Virus record (IMG/VR): IMGVR_UViG_3300014204_000113
Coordinates: 32,001 to 96,000 of that record
Reading direction: 5' to 3' (one strand)
Length of the DNA: 64,000 nt
Source of the DNA: a virus
Taxonomy: Duplodnaviria; Caudoviricetes
Shown: positions 8,889 to 18,735 of the stretch, one piece after another
How positions within the stretch are numbered: the first letter of the stretch is position 1
How the letters are laid out: every line of letters begins with the position of its first letter
Made by a program: the position numbers and the translations under genes
The notes under the pieces: generated by a model
The model's input: only the letters and a program-made list of their open reading frames with translations
What the model was told of the DNA's origin: nothing
Database searches by the model: none

Positions 8889-9443
8889 ATGCACGAATTT
8901 GGATCGGGTCCAATCTTTGATGTTGGTGTTTATATCGGAAGATTTAATCCTATTCATAAAGGACATCAAAGAACAATTGAACAGATGATGTTTAATCACA
9001 CTATCAACCATTCTTTATTAATGATTGGTTCTCCAAATGTAAATCTTTCTTTAAGAAATTTATTTACATATAAAGAGCGTAGAGATTTTATAAAAGCAAT
9101 ATATCCAAATATTAGAATTGCTCCATTGCCAGATCAAATATCAGATGAAGATTGGTTTTCTTCACTAATAGATATAATTGAAATATCTTTTCCATTTTAT
9201 CATAATGTGAACATATATTGCGGAGATATTAAAGATTTAGAACACTTTAATTATCATAACAAAGCAACCGTAAAAATTATAGATAGATATGAAGAGCAAG
9301 TATATTCTGCTACAGAAGTAAGGCGTTGTATTATGATGGGTGAAATTGAACCACTAACTAAACTGATACATCTTGATTTATTATATCCAGTTTATGAGTT
9401 AGGAAGGAAAAGACTTGAAGAAATGTTAAGAGGAGAAAAATAA
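8889..9443 (+). CDS. Nicotinamide-nucleotide adenylyltransferase (NadM-like)
   Basis: GRFNPIHKGH (HxGH), GS..N, ER, SATEVR. Confidence 0.85.
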   Translation: MHEFGSGPIFDVGVYIGRFNPIHKGHQRTIEQMMFNHTINHSLLMIGSPNVNLSLRNLFTYKERRDFIKAIYPNIRIAPLPDQISDEDWFSSLIDIIEISFPFYHNVNIYCGDIKDLEHFNYHNKATVKIIDRYEEQVYSATEVRRCIMMGEIEPLTKLIHLDLLYPVYELGRKRLEEMLRGEK

Positions 9444-10273
9444 TGGGCAAAGAACTTAAAGCAGAAAACTTAACTATTAGCGTCCCCAATGTGGGTTGTG
9501 ATAAAAACTGTCCTTATTGTGTAAGCAAAATGACTGGATATATAAAATCAGATATTGTTAAAATGAATATGAATATAAAAAAGGTTATAAATATTTCACA
9601 AATAGCTGAAGTTACTTCTGTCTTATTTACTGGTAAAGGAGAGCCAACTTTAAATTTTGAAGCAATAGAACAGCTTTCTTTCAATTTTAAAAATCTATTC
9701 CCATTAGAATTACAAACAAATGGGGTCTTTTTATCTAAAAATCTAAATAAAGTTGATTCTTTATTAATTCAAGGGTTTGATATAATAGCGATATCAATAG
9801 ATACAGAATTACAATTAGAAAATTATCAAAAGCTATTTAAAAAAATAATTGATTTAAATATGATTTGTAGATTAACCATCAACATCACAAATAAACTTGA
9901 TAAAGAATTCACATTTGAAAAGACGATAAAATATTGTACTGAAAATGGAATACAACAATTAACTTTAAGAAGAGTAGCAATCCCCCAAAAACCATTAGAT
10001 AAAAAAGTGGTTGGTTGGATCAAAGAAAACGCTCCTCTTGATTTATATGAAAATGTAATGAGGGATGTTTTTCTAATTATAAAAGAAAAAGGCAATTTAA
10101 TCAGAATATTAAATCAAGGGACAAAAATATATGATATTGATGGCGTTTCTTTTACTTACTCTGATTATTGTTTACAAGAAAAAGACAATGGAAATAATAT
10201 TCGATCATTAGTCTTTCAGGAAGATGGACATTTATACACTTCTTGGGCTTCTAAGGCGTCAATTTTATTTTAA
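9443..10273 (+). CDS. Radical SAM protein
   Basis: CDKNCPYC cluster motif, TGKGEP, LQTNG. Confidence 0.85.
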   Translation: MGKELKAENLTISVPNVGCDKNCPYCVSKMTGYIKSDIVKMNMNIKKVINISQIAEVTSVLFTGKGEPTLNFEAIEQLSFNFKNLFPLELQTNGVFLSKNLNKVDSLLIQGFDIIAISIDTELQLENYQKLFKKIIDLNMICRLTINITNKLDKEFTFEKTIKYCTENGIQQLTLRRVAIPQKPLDKKVVGWIKENAPLDLYENVMRDVFLIIKEKGNLIRILNQGTKIYDIDGVSFTYSDYCLQEKDNGNNIRSLVFQEDGHLYTSWASKASILF

Positions 10274-10285
10274 AGGAGAAAAATA

Positions 10286-11668
10286 ATGATAAATCAAATC
10301 TTAAATACAGACTCATACAAACTTTCTCATTTTCTTCAATATCCACCAAACACAGAACAAGTTTCTTGTTACGTAGAATCTAGAGGAGGAAGGTTTAATA
10401 GAACCTTATTTTTTGGCTTACAAATATTTCTAAAAGAATATATGACAAAATTTATAACTAAAGAAGATATTGAACTTGCTAATCTTTTTAGTTCTGAACA
10501 TGGAGAACCTTTCAACATGAAGGGTTTTTTGGAATTACAAGAGTTGGGTTATTGGCCTGTACAAATTCAAGCAATTCCAGAAGGAACAATTATTCAAACC
10601 AATAATGTGTTGGTTCAGATAACCAACACCGACCCTAGATTCTATTGGCTACCATCTTTTCTTGAAACAATGTTATTGAGAGGAGTTTGGTATCCAACTA
10701 CTGTGTGTACTTTATCTTGGATGTGTAAACAATTAATCAAAGATTTCATGTTAAAAACTTCTGATAATCCAGACGATATCAACTTCAAATTACATGATTT
10801 TGGAGCAAGAGGGGCATCTTCATTAGAAACTGCATCAATAGGTGGTTGTTCCCATTTGGTTAATTTCATGGGCACAGATACTATGGTTGGTATTTTAGCA
10901 GCACAAAAATATTACAATGCCAAAATGGTTGGTTTTTCAATTCCAGCCGCAGAGCACTCTACCATCACTTCTTGGGGTGGAGTGGAAGGTGAACTGGATT
11001 CTTACAAAAACATGTTAAATCAATTTGCCAAACCTGGAAAAATAGTAGCAGTAGTGTCTGATTCGTACGATATATTCAAAGCTATTAAAGAATTATGGGG
11101 AGGACATTTAAAAAATAAAATAATTGACTCAAAAGCCACTATAGTGATTCGACCTGATTCTGGAAATCCAGTAACAGTAGTTAGAGATGTAATCAAAGAA
11201 CTGATGAATGTTTTTGGATACGAAACTAACACTAAAAATTATGATGTTCTTCCACCATATATCAGAGTAATACAAGGAGACGGAATTGAATATGATTCTA
11301 TCTTTGATATTTTAACTGAGATGACTAATTGTAAATTATCAACAGATAATATATCTTTTGGTATGGGTGGTGCTTTGCTTCAAAATTTAGATAGAGATTT
11401 TTTAAAATTTGCAATGAAAACATCTGCTATTAAAATAAATGGTAATTGGATTGATGTTTATAAAGACCCTATAACAGATACTACTAAAAGGTCAAAAAAG
11501 GGTAGATTGGCTTTATGTAAGAATAATATCAATCAGTTTATCACAATTCGTGAAAATGAAGCAATTGCTTTTGGCGCAGAAAATCTGCTAAAAGATGTTT
11601 ATCTTAATGGGAAAATTCTTCGTGAATTTGAGTTTGAAGAAGTCAGAAAAAACGCTTCTGGAAATTAA
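10286..11668 (+). CDS. nadV: Nicotinamide phosphoribosyltransferase (Nampt)
   Basis: TDSYKLSH, LHDFGARG, SIPAAEHS, VVSDSYD, IRPDSG, GMGGALLQ, SKKGRL. Confidence 0.95.
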   Translation: MINQILNTDSYKLSHFLQYPPNTEQVSCYVESRGGRFNRTLFFGLQIFLKEYMTKFITKEDIELANLFSSEHGEPFNMKGFLELQELGYWPVQIQAIPEGTIIQTNNVLVQITNTDPRFYWLPSFLETMLLRGVWYPTTVCTLSWMCKQLIKDFMLKTSDNPDDINFKLHDFGARGASSLETASIGGCSHLVNFMGTDTMVGILAAQKYYNAKMVGFSIPAAEHSTITSWGGVEGELDSYKNMLNQFAKPGKIVAVVSDSYDIFKAIKELWGGHLKNKIIDSKATIVIRPDSGNPVTVVRDVIKELMNVFGYETNTKNYDVLPPYIRVIQGDGIEYDSIFDILTEMTNCKLSTDNISFGMGGALLQNLDRDFLKFAMKTSAIKINGNWIDVYKDPITDTTKRSKKGRLALCKNNINQFITIRENEAIAFGAENLLKDVYLNGKILREFEFEEVRKNASGN

Positions 11669-11697
11669 AAATCGCAACTTAAAAGGAGGAACAAATC

Positions 11698-12174
11698 ATG
11701 ATGGTATTCATAATTTTGGCAAGTACGCTTATTTTGACTGTTTCTTGGTTGTATTTCTTAAAAAAGTATGGAGAAGGAACATATAACGAAACAAACGTCA
11801 CAGATATTCTATTTGGTTTTTCTGTTGTAGGATGGATAATTTCAACATTTACTTTGGTCACATTGCTTATTGTCTATACACACCATGCAACAAACTTGGG
11901 CACCATTCGCCAAGGATATTCTGTAGTTAAAGTCCAACAAGATAGGTTAAATAGGTTAAGAACCGATTTGACGCTTGTAAATGATTCTATCAAACAAGGA
12001 AATGTGGCTTTAGTCAACTCTGACAGCCCTATTAAAAGTTTAATAGACCAAATTGCTTTGGCTGAAACTTCTGTAGCAGAAGCCAATCTTAAAATTGCTA
12101 ATGCAGAAGTTAGTATCGCTCAACGTAAAGCTGGACCAGGATATTTTATTGTTTCTTGGTTTGGAGACAAATAA
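11698..12174 (+). CDS. Membrane protein (2 TM + coiled coil)
   Basis: Hydrophobic segments; AGGAGG RBS. Confidence 0.6.
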   Translation: MMVFIILASTLILTVSWLYFLKKYGEGTYNETNVTDILFGFSVVGWIISTFTLVTLLIVYTHHATNLGTIRQGYSVVKVQQDRLNRLRTDLTLVNDSIKQGNVALVNSDSPIKSLIDQIALAETSVAEANLKIANAEVSIAQRKAGPGYFIVSWFGDK

Positions 12175-12322
12175 CTTATGGAGGAAATTCAATCAATTTA
12201 TATTGGTAATGGAAAATTTATTCAATCCACTTCTAATCATCAATTTCTAACTGAATTTGGTTATAAAGAATTGAAAGATTTATCACCAGAAGAAATTTCT
12301 AATATCAAACGAAGAGAGGAAA

Positions 12323-12817
12323 ATGACTATGAGAAAATTTAAGAAATTCATTTGTTTTATCACTGGCATAACTTTAGTCAGATATATAAAAAGAAGGATT
12401 GAATTAAAGAAAGAATTGGAATTGATTTCAACCTTTCCTAAAGTTAAAAGCTTTCTTTTCAAAAAGAAAAATTTAATTGTTAAAACAATGCCGATTAAGA
12501 TGGACGGACACTTATTGGGTGATTTTGAAATAATCATAAAAACAAAAAATATATATGATGTTTTAAATATTCAAAATTTAACTGGGAAAAGAAGAATAAG
12601 AGACTCAATATATCACCATCCACATATTTGGTCTAGTTGGATATTAAATACAGAACCAACCTTTTGTCTAGGGAATATTTCAGTAGAAGTAAAATGGTTA
12701 ATTCAAGAAAAAGAATATTCCGCAGTCGTTCTTCTTCTAATCCAGTTTTTAGAAGAAGGATATGGTTGGGAAGAATGGGAAAAAGAAGAATGTCTATCTC
12801 ATTGGCCTGAAATATAA
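12323..12817 (+). CDS. E2-like protein (paralogue 4)
   Basis: HHPHIW...FCLGNI...KEYSAVVLLLIQFL. Confidence 0.6.
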   Translation: MTMRKFKKFICFITGITLVRYIKRRIELKKELELISTFPKVKSFLFKKKNLIVKTMPIKMDGHLLGDFEIIIKTKNIYDVLNIQNLTGKRRIRDSIYHHPHIWSSWILNTEPTFCLGNISVEVKWLIQEKEYSAVVLLLIQFLEEGYGWEEWEKEECLSHWPEI

Positions 12818-12829
12818 AGGAGGAATAAA

Positions 12830-13405
12830 ATGTATAACTATTATGATTTTACAAATGATTGTACGATTGGATATTGGTCAGCAACAGAAAACTTTTTTAA
12901 ACCAGAACTAGTTAAAAAAATCGAACCTATTAAAATTGAATTGTCTGCAAATGATTTAGAAATCATAAGAAGTTTTTCTGAAATTCAAGAAATTTCTCTT
13001 CTTAAAGATAAATTATCAATACTAACCAACATAATAAATATGTCAAACCATGAATTAGGACAATATCAAATTGAAATTAATAAAACTTTTGAAAAATATG
13101 ATGCCATAAGCGCGATATACATCTGCAATCAAACAAGAACTGTAGATGTAGACAAGTTTCATGACACTAATGGAAGTTTTGTTTTCCACCATCCTCATAT
13201 CTGGGCAAGAGGAGATAATGTTAAAAACACGGAAATTTGTTTTGGTAATATAAAAGAATACATTGAAAAAATGTTGATAGCAAAAGAACCTATCGTATTA
13301 ATAAGCACAATTTTGGAATATCTCAAGAATGGCTATGGATGGCGTCATAACAAAAAAGAATACTTGAAGTGTTGGCCTGAAGTAAATTCTTCGCCTCGTC
13401 TATAA
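12830..13405 (+). CDS. E2-like protein (paralogue 5)
   Basis: HHPHIW...ICFGNI...ILEYL; shares GYGW...WPE tail with 12323-12817. Confidence 0.6.
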   Translation: MYNYYDFTNDCTIGYWSATENFFKPELVKKIEPIKIELSANDLEIIRSFSEIQEISLLKDKLSILTNIINMSNHELGQYQIEINKTFEKYDAISAIYICNQTRTVDVDKFHDTNGSFVFHHPHIWARGDNVKNTEICFGNIKEYIEKMLIAKEPIVLISTILEYLKNGYGWRHNKKEYLKCWPEVNSSPRL

Positions 13406-13433
13406 GAATGAGACGATTTTTTAAGGCGGATGG

Positions 13434-13484
13434 TACAAAAATTTGAACTTTTGTCTTGCACTAAGGATTTCTAAATTCTATAAT
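13434..13484 (+). promoter_or_regulatory. Phage-type promoter with conserved upstream element
   Basis: TACAAAAATTTGAACTT..TTGCAC-17-TATAAT. Confidence 0.7.
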
Positions 13485-13661
13485 AAAGAAGGAAATTTAT
13501 GCGATAATTGCCTATACATATTGTGGTCTATTTTTTCTATACATACATAATATAGGAAAGGCTAAATTTATGCTAGTTTTGACTTGCGCTATCTATAAAA
13601 TTAAAGTAAAATTATAATAGAGGCTTTTATTTTAAAATAGATTTAGTCTAAAGTTTTTATA

Positions 13662-15053
13662 TTGAAAAAATTTATTGATTCTGAAATAGATAACATAGAA
13701 GAAAGAAGATTTTATGTCTATGCTCTAAGGAGACCTGACTGGCCAGACCCGTTTTATGTTTGGAAGTGGCAGCCGTTTTATATTGGTAAAGGGTTTGGAA
13801 AAAGAATGTTTGACCATAGAAAAGAAGCTGAGAAAGATTGGTATTTAGCAATAAAACCAAAAGATATTAAAATTAATATCATCCATAAATTACTAAACAA
13901 AAAATTAAATTTTATTGAAGAAATATTGTTTGATAATCTCACAGAACAAGAAGCCTTTGAAATTGAAATAAAACTCATTGCCAAATATGGGAAAATATGT
14001 GATGGAACAGGATGTTTAGCTAACCTTACTGATGGCGGGGAAGGAGCCTCGGCAAAAAATTATGAAAAATTTTTATCAGATTTGAAAGATAAACATGGTG
14101 ATATTGCATACGATTTATTTGTTAATTATTTAGATGATCCATTGATAACTCAAGCTGATATTTCTGAATATACTAGCCTTACACGTGAAGGAGTTAGATA
14201 TTTTTTAAAGAAAATTCATGGTGATGATGTTAAAAAAATAAAATTAGAAAATTCTCACCAAGAAAAACTTTCTTGTTACCCATCTAATCTTCAAGGGATA
14301 ATTGGAGACAAATTAAGAGAAGAAAGAATAAGATATAAGAAGAAATATAAAACTATTTGGGAATGTGAAAATAATAAGACATTTACTGTTAAAAAATTAG
14401 TGTTACATAAAGAAAGCAAATTATATATTTTAACTCTATATACTAAAACTGATTATATAATTACTTCTAAAGACAATAATGTCTATTTGATTCCATTTCC
14501 AAATTCTGATGTTGATAGAATTTATTTGCACTATCCACAGGATTTAGAACAATACAAAGATTTCACTAATTTGAGAAATTTAGATTTAGATGGGAATGAA
14601 AAAGAATTAATTTGTAAATTTGAATTTGATGGGGAAGAACCAATTAATGAATATATTCCTTATGGTTATTGCCAATGTGGTTGTGGGCAGAAAACAAATA
14701 TAATTAAAACTAACAATAAGAGTAAAGGACGAGTTAAAGGAGAACCATATAAATATATTTCTGGCCATAATAAAAATAGACAATTAAAAAAATTAACTAA
14801 AGAAAAAATTCAGAATATGATAGATTTATTTAACCAAAAAATTTCTATTTATGAGATAGCAAATTTATTTAATATAACCTATCCAACAGTTTTATATCAT
14901 TTAAGAAAAAATAATATAATTTCTCAACGGTCATCTGATGGATATTCATTCTTGCCACAAGAATTTATTTGTTCTGTTTGTGAAAAAACTTTTATAAAAA
15001 AAAGAAAGCCTAAAGAAATGATTTGTTTATCTTGCAAAAAAGACCTTACATAA
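13662..15053 (+). CDS. GIY-YIG (LEM-3-like) homing endonuclease-like protein with HTH/zinc modules
   Basis: FYVYAL..PFYIGKG..R, EQEAFEIE..LI, LANLTDGGEG; CQCGCG and HTH modules. Confidence 0.75.
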   Translation: MKKFIDSEIDNIEERRFYVYALRRPDWPDPFYVWKWQPFYIGKGFGKRMFDHRKEAEKDWYLAIKPKDIKINIIHKLLNKKLNFIEEILFDNLTEQEAFEIEIKLIAKYGKICDGTGCLANLTDGGEGASAKNYEKFLSDLKDKHGDIAYDLFVNYLDDPLITQADISEYTSLTREGVRYFLKKIHGDDVKKIKLENSHQEKLSCYPSNLQGIIGDKLREERIRYKKKYKTIWECENNKTFTVKKLVLHKESKLYILTLYTKTDYIITSKDNNVYLIPFPNSDVDRIYLHYPQDLEQYKDFTNLRNLDLDGNEKELICKFEFDGEEPINEYIPYGYCQCGCGQKTNIIKTNNKSKGRVKGEPYKYISGHNKNRQLKKLTKEKIQNMIDLFNQKISIYEIANLFNITYPTVLYHLRKNNIISQRSSDGYSFLPQEFICSVCEKTFIKKRKPKEMICLSCKKDLT

Positions 15054-15058
15054 AAATT

Positions 15059-15982
15059 ATGCCTTTTATTGACTTTCCTCGTCTCTTAGATTCTATCCAT
15101 GTGCCTTATAAAACTTCTGGCGCAGGTATATCCAGAGACTTCATTGGTATCTACTGTCCTTTCTGCTCTAATCCACATGGCCCCAGAGGAGGATTCAGCC
15201 TAGACAAAGGATTCTATTCTTGTTGGCGTTGTGGTCATCACAAACTTGTGGATGTGATTAAGGCTTTAGCAAGATGCACAGAAAAGAAAGCCTATGAATT
15301 AATTCAAGCCCATAAAACCAACAATCCTGCCTATCCCTTACAAGATCATTCGTTTGAAAGAAACTCTTCGCTACGAGGCTCTGAGGCAGCCACAGGCACC
15401 TTAAAATTGCCTGGAAATGAGTTGTCTGAGAGACACAGAAAATATTTATTGGATAGGAATTTTGATCCTGATTATTTAATGTCTAGATATGGTGTTAGAG
15501 GCGTCGGTCCAGTTGGTGATTTTAAGTGGCGAATAATAATTCCCATTAAAGTTGGTGGACAAATAATTAGTTATCAAGGGCGAGATATAACTAAAATGTC
15601 GATTATGAAGTATCGTCCTTGTCCAAAAGAATTGGAATTAATTCCTTATAAAAATTGTTTGTATGAATTAGATTCTTGTGGCAAGAAGTTGGTCGTTGTT
15701 GAAGGTGTCATGAAGGTTTGGCGTTTAGGTATTGGATCGACAGCTACATTTGGAATTAAATATACCCAAGAACAAGTGAAAAGAATAGTTGAAAAAAAAA
15801 TAGAAAAAGCATTTGTTTTATTTGACAATGGTTTTGAAGCACAAAGGCAAGCTGGGAAGATGGCAAATGATTTGAATTGTTTTGGTATTGAAACGGAAAT
15901 TATTACTTTGTTAAAATATGACGATCCTGATAATATGCCAAATGATGAAGCTAAACAATTGATGAGAGACCTGTTAGGATAA
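15059..15982 (+). CDS. DNA primase (zinc finger + TOPRIM)
   Basis: CPFC..CWRC zinc finger, YQGR, VVEG, FDN, DPD. Confidence 0.85.
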   Translation: MPFIDFPRLLDSIHVPYKTSGAGISRDFIGIYCPFCSNPHGPRGGFSLDKGFYSCWRCGHHKLVDVIKALARCTEKKAYELIQAHKTNNPAYPLQDHSFERNSSLRGSEAATGTLKLPGNELSERHRKYLLDRNFDPDYLMSRYGVRGVGPVGDFKWRIIIPIKVGGQIISYQGRDITKMSIMKYRPCPKELELIPYKNCLYELDSCGKKLVVVEGVMKVWRLGIGSTATFGIKYTQEQVKRIVEKKIEKAFVLFDNGFEAQRQAGKMANDLNCFGIETEIITLLKYDDPDNMPNDEAKQLMRDLLG

Positions 15983-15984
15983 AA

Positions 15985-16170
15985 ATGGCTAAAAAATATA
16001 GAAGAAAGAAAAGAGAAATTGTAGTTAGCAGTGATGGTTTATTTAGATGTCCTATTTTACCAACCAGACATTTTACATCAACGGAAGTTTGTTTGAATAG
16101 AAGAAGCAAATTAAAATTATTCCAAGAATGTGTTGGTTGTAAAATTGAATTGCCAGAGGTTGAAGAATGA
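15985..16170 (+). CDS. Hypothetical Cys-containing protein
   Basis: ORF in tight operon spacing. Confidence 0.55.
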   Translation: MAKKYRRKKREIVVSSDGLFRCPILPTRHFTSTEVCLNRRSKLKLFQECVGCKIELPEVEE

Positions 16171-16202
16171 GCCATTTATGAGCCATTTAAATTGAGGTTA
16201 AT

Positions 16203-16475
16203 ATGCCAGACTTAAATGTTTTACCTACAGAAGAAGAATTGAAATTCATAGAAGATTATGATGTAATAAAAAATGGCCCTGTAGATTTAATAAAATATTT
16301 AAAAACTTTATGGCTTTGGGATGATTATATTAAATTTGATAACGAAACTGGCATATTAGAATTACATACTGGTGGAGGAGGACCAAACGAGGTAATAATT
16401 CAAACTTTGGAAAAAACATTCTTTTGGTTTTTCTACTGGCAAAAAGTTTTCGTGGTGGTCACTATTATTTTTTAA
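16203..16475 (+). CDS. Hypothetical protein, probably frameshifted near 3' end
   Basis: Alternate frame after A-run ~16441 reads SFRGGHYYFLIPKRFVDYYEDK*. Confidence 0.5.
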   Translation: MPDLNVLPTEEELKFIEDYDVIKNGPVDLIKYLKTLWLWDDYIKFDNETGILELHTGGGGPNEVIIQTLEKTFFWFFYWQKVFVVVTIIF

Positions 16476-16487
16476 TTCCAAAAAGGT

Positions 16488-16718
16488 TTGTTGATTATTA
16501 TGAAGATAAATAAATTTAAAGCAGACCTAAAACAAATGACTTGTCCAGAATGTGGCTGTCCATTAAGAATGGTAGATTTTTCATATCAATCTGATAACTT
16601 TATTTTTGACCATAAAATTGGTTTTGATTTACAAAATAAAAATTGCAGTCTTAGATATAAACCTATTTTATTGCCTTTTGATGATGTAATTGACTTTTAT
16701 GGATTGGATGAAAAATAG
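16488..16718 (+). CDS. Hypothetical zinc-ribbon protein
   Basis: CPECG motif. Confidence 0.5.
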   Translation: MLIIMKINKFKADLKQMTCPECGCPLRMVDFSYQSDNFIFDHKIGFDLQNKNCSLRYKPILLPFDDVIDFYGLDEK

Positions 16719-16741
16719 TTTTAAATAAATGTAACTTTTCG

Positions 16742-16770
16742 TTGACAAGAATAGTAATCTATGATAAACT
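16742..16770 (+). promoter_or_regulatory. sigma70-type promoter
   Basis: TTGACA-17-TAAACT. Confidence 0.6.
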
Positions 16771-16795
16771 ATAGATGTGGATAGGAGAAATTTAA

Positions 16796-16975
16796 ATGGA
16801 TAAACTTTATGACATGGGCCAAACATCAGAATTGTTGAAAGTATCTAAGTCTACTTTGGCAAGATGGAAGAAAGAAAGAATTATACCATATATTAAGATA
16901 GGTAGAAAGACATTATTTGATTATGAAGATTTGATTGAATTGATTGAAAAGAATAAGATTGGTGTGGAAAAATAG
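16796..16975 (+). CDS. Excisionase-like HTH_17 DNA-binding protein (59 aa, not in ORF track)
   Basis: MDKLYDMGQTSELLKVSKSTLARWKKERIIPYIKIGRKTLFDYEDLIELIEK; AGGAG RBS. Confidence 0.8.
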   Translation: MDKLYDMGQTSELLKVSKSTLARWKKERIIPYIKIGRKTLFDYEDLIELIEKNKIGVEK

Positions 16976-17274
16976 TGTTTTAAAAAAAGCACAGACTAGT
17001 GATTTTGGATATTTTTACAATTTATTTGTCAATAATATCAATATGTTGAAAAGTCATTTTTGGCTATTTTCATAAAACTAATGATATTGGTCAAGTATTT
17101 TCGTTGAAAAAGTTGAAAAAACAAATTGTTTAATATTATCAAATAGTTATTGAATTTATGTAACGCTTTAAGAAATAAAAAGATTCAACCTGAGATTTAA
17201 TGACATTTTCTTGGCGCAAAGCAGGTACTTAGGTCATATTTTGTTGGAATGAAAATAATAAAAAAGGAGGATTT

Positions 17275-17859
17275 ATGAGTGTTGACAAATGGACAGACCG
17301 TTGGTTAGAAAGAGGTAAAAATTGGCTATGTCCAGTCTGTTATGAAATTTTTGATACAAAAGTATATCATTGTTTACATTGTGACCACCATTGGGAAGTC
17401 CCAGCAACTTCTTGTCGCAATTGCTATAACACATCAAGAAAAATGCCAAGAGCCTTCAAGATAACAGTTGAAGAAGCGAAAGAAATATTCAATGGACAAG
17501 AAAAAGTAAGAAAAGAAGAAATAGAAAAATTAAAAAGACCTTCTGTTTTTTATCGAGATTCAAATGGTTTTGAACCAGTCAAAGATTGGTTAGAAAAGAA
17601 TGGTTGGCCAAGAACAGATTATAATCGCAGTTTAGATGAATATGAAACAAACATTCCAAATTGTCATTTACATTGGGTAAGTGGTCATTTAAAAGGTGGA
17701 TATGTCGCAACAATAATTGTTGGTATTTTTCCTAGTCTTTTTATTTCTTTACATGCCGACTTTTTTAAAATACCGATTGATAAAAACCAAGAAAAAGAAG
17801 CAGTTGCTGTCGCTTTAAAACGATTAAATGAAATAAAATTAAGTAATTATCTACAATAA
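17275..17859 (+). CDS. Hypothetical protein with N-terminal Cys/His zinc-binding motifs
   Basis: CPVC, CLHC, CRNC; AGGAGG RBS. Confidence 0.6.
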   Translation: MSVDKWTDRWLERGKNWLCPVCYEIFDTKVYHCLHCDHHWEVPATSCRNCYNTSRKMPRAFKITVEEAKEIFNGQEKVRKEEIEKLKRPSVFYRDSNGFEPVKDWLEKNGWPRTDYNRSLDEYETNIPNCHLHWVSGHLKGGYVATIIVGIFPSLFISLHADFFKIPIDKNQEKEAVAVALKRLNEIKLSNYLQ

Positions 17860-17879
17860 AATAAAAAGGATGATGAAAA

Positions 17880-18146
17880 ATGACAGTTAAAGAATTAATA
17901 AAAGAATTAGAAAAATTTGACCCAGATTTAGAAGTTTTTAACAAACTGTGGTCTGATGAATGTTTAAATTGTGATTTTCATTGTGGTCCAAATGCAGAGG
18001 GAGAGATAGACGGAATCCCTTGTGAATTTGCTTGGGATGTACCTGATCTAAAGGTTGGAGAATGGGAAATATACAAAGTTGATAGTGATGGCAAAACTTT
18101 GTTAGATGAAGAGGTAGAAGTAGTTGAATTTTTAACTATTTTTTAA
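17880..18146 (+). CDS. Hypothetical phage protein (MTVKELIxxL family)
   Basis: ORF with common small phage protein N-terminus. Confidence 0.6.
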   Translation: MTVKELIKELEKFDPDLEVFNKLWSDECLNCDFHCGPNAEGEIDGIPCEFAWDVPDLKVGEWEIYKVDSDGKTLLDEEVEVVEFLTIF

Positions 18147-18185
18147 GTAGGAATATATGAAAAGATAAAGAGGAGAATTTAAAGA

Positions 18186-18440
18186 ATGAAAATAGGAAAA
18201 TTTTTATATCTTAAAGAAACAATAAAATGGGAAGAAGTTTATGAAGAATTTGAATATGATGAAGAATTTGAATATGATGAGGTTGATGACTTAGCCTATG
18301 AAATACGTAGCAAAGTTGCTGATGAACCAGAATGTGTTGTTGTTAAAAAAATAAAATGGTTTGATGAGAAACAAGATTCTTGGGTTGATGTTTTTTGCGA
18401 AGAAGGTTATGAAAATTGTGAATTTGATAAGGAGAAATAA
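18186..18440 (+). CDS. Acidic hypothetical protein
   Basis: RBS GAGGAG; contains in-frame 18-nt duplication (EEFEYD x2). Confidence 0.55.
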   Translation: MKIGKFLYLKETIKWEEVYEEFEYDEEFEYDEVDDLAYEIRSKVADEPECVVVKKIKWFDEKQDSWVDVFCEEGYENCEFDKEK

Positions 18441-18443
18441 AGA

Positions 18444-18632
18444 ATGGAAAAATTCCCGAATAAAATTAGCTGTGCGAAATGTAAAAAACCAATAACTGGA
18501 TGGGTCTATTATCAAAATGGTAACATTTTTGATTCAAGCGGGTTTATCCCTTTTGATGATGGATATCAATGTGATAAATGTATAATTGGTGGCGATCCTG
18601 AATTTGAAAGTGAATTAGCAAATGAAAAATGA
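18444..18632 (+). CDS. Hypothetical zinc-finger protein
   Basis: CAKC...CDKC. Confidence 0.55.
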   Translation: MEKFPNKISCAKCKKPITGWVYYQNGNIFDSSGFIPFDDGYQCDKCIIGGDPEFESELANEK

Positions 18633-18735
18633 TCGAAAGATTGTGTGGAAATTTATCAAACGACCAAAAAACAGCTATTGCTTTGTCTTTTATACGAAAA
18701 CATAAATTGGCAACTAAAAAATAAGGATAAAATAC

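Noticed and set aside
16976-17270. Loose AATAxTATCAA repeats in AT-rich gap as iterons
   Set aside because: Too degenerate in an AT-rich background to support.
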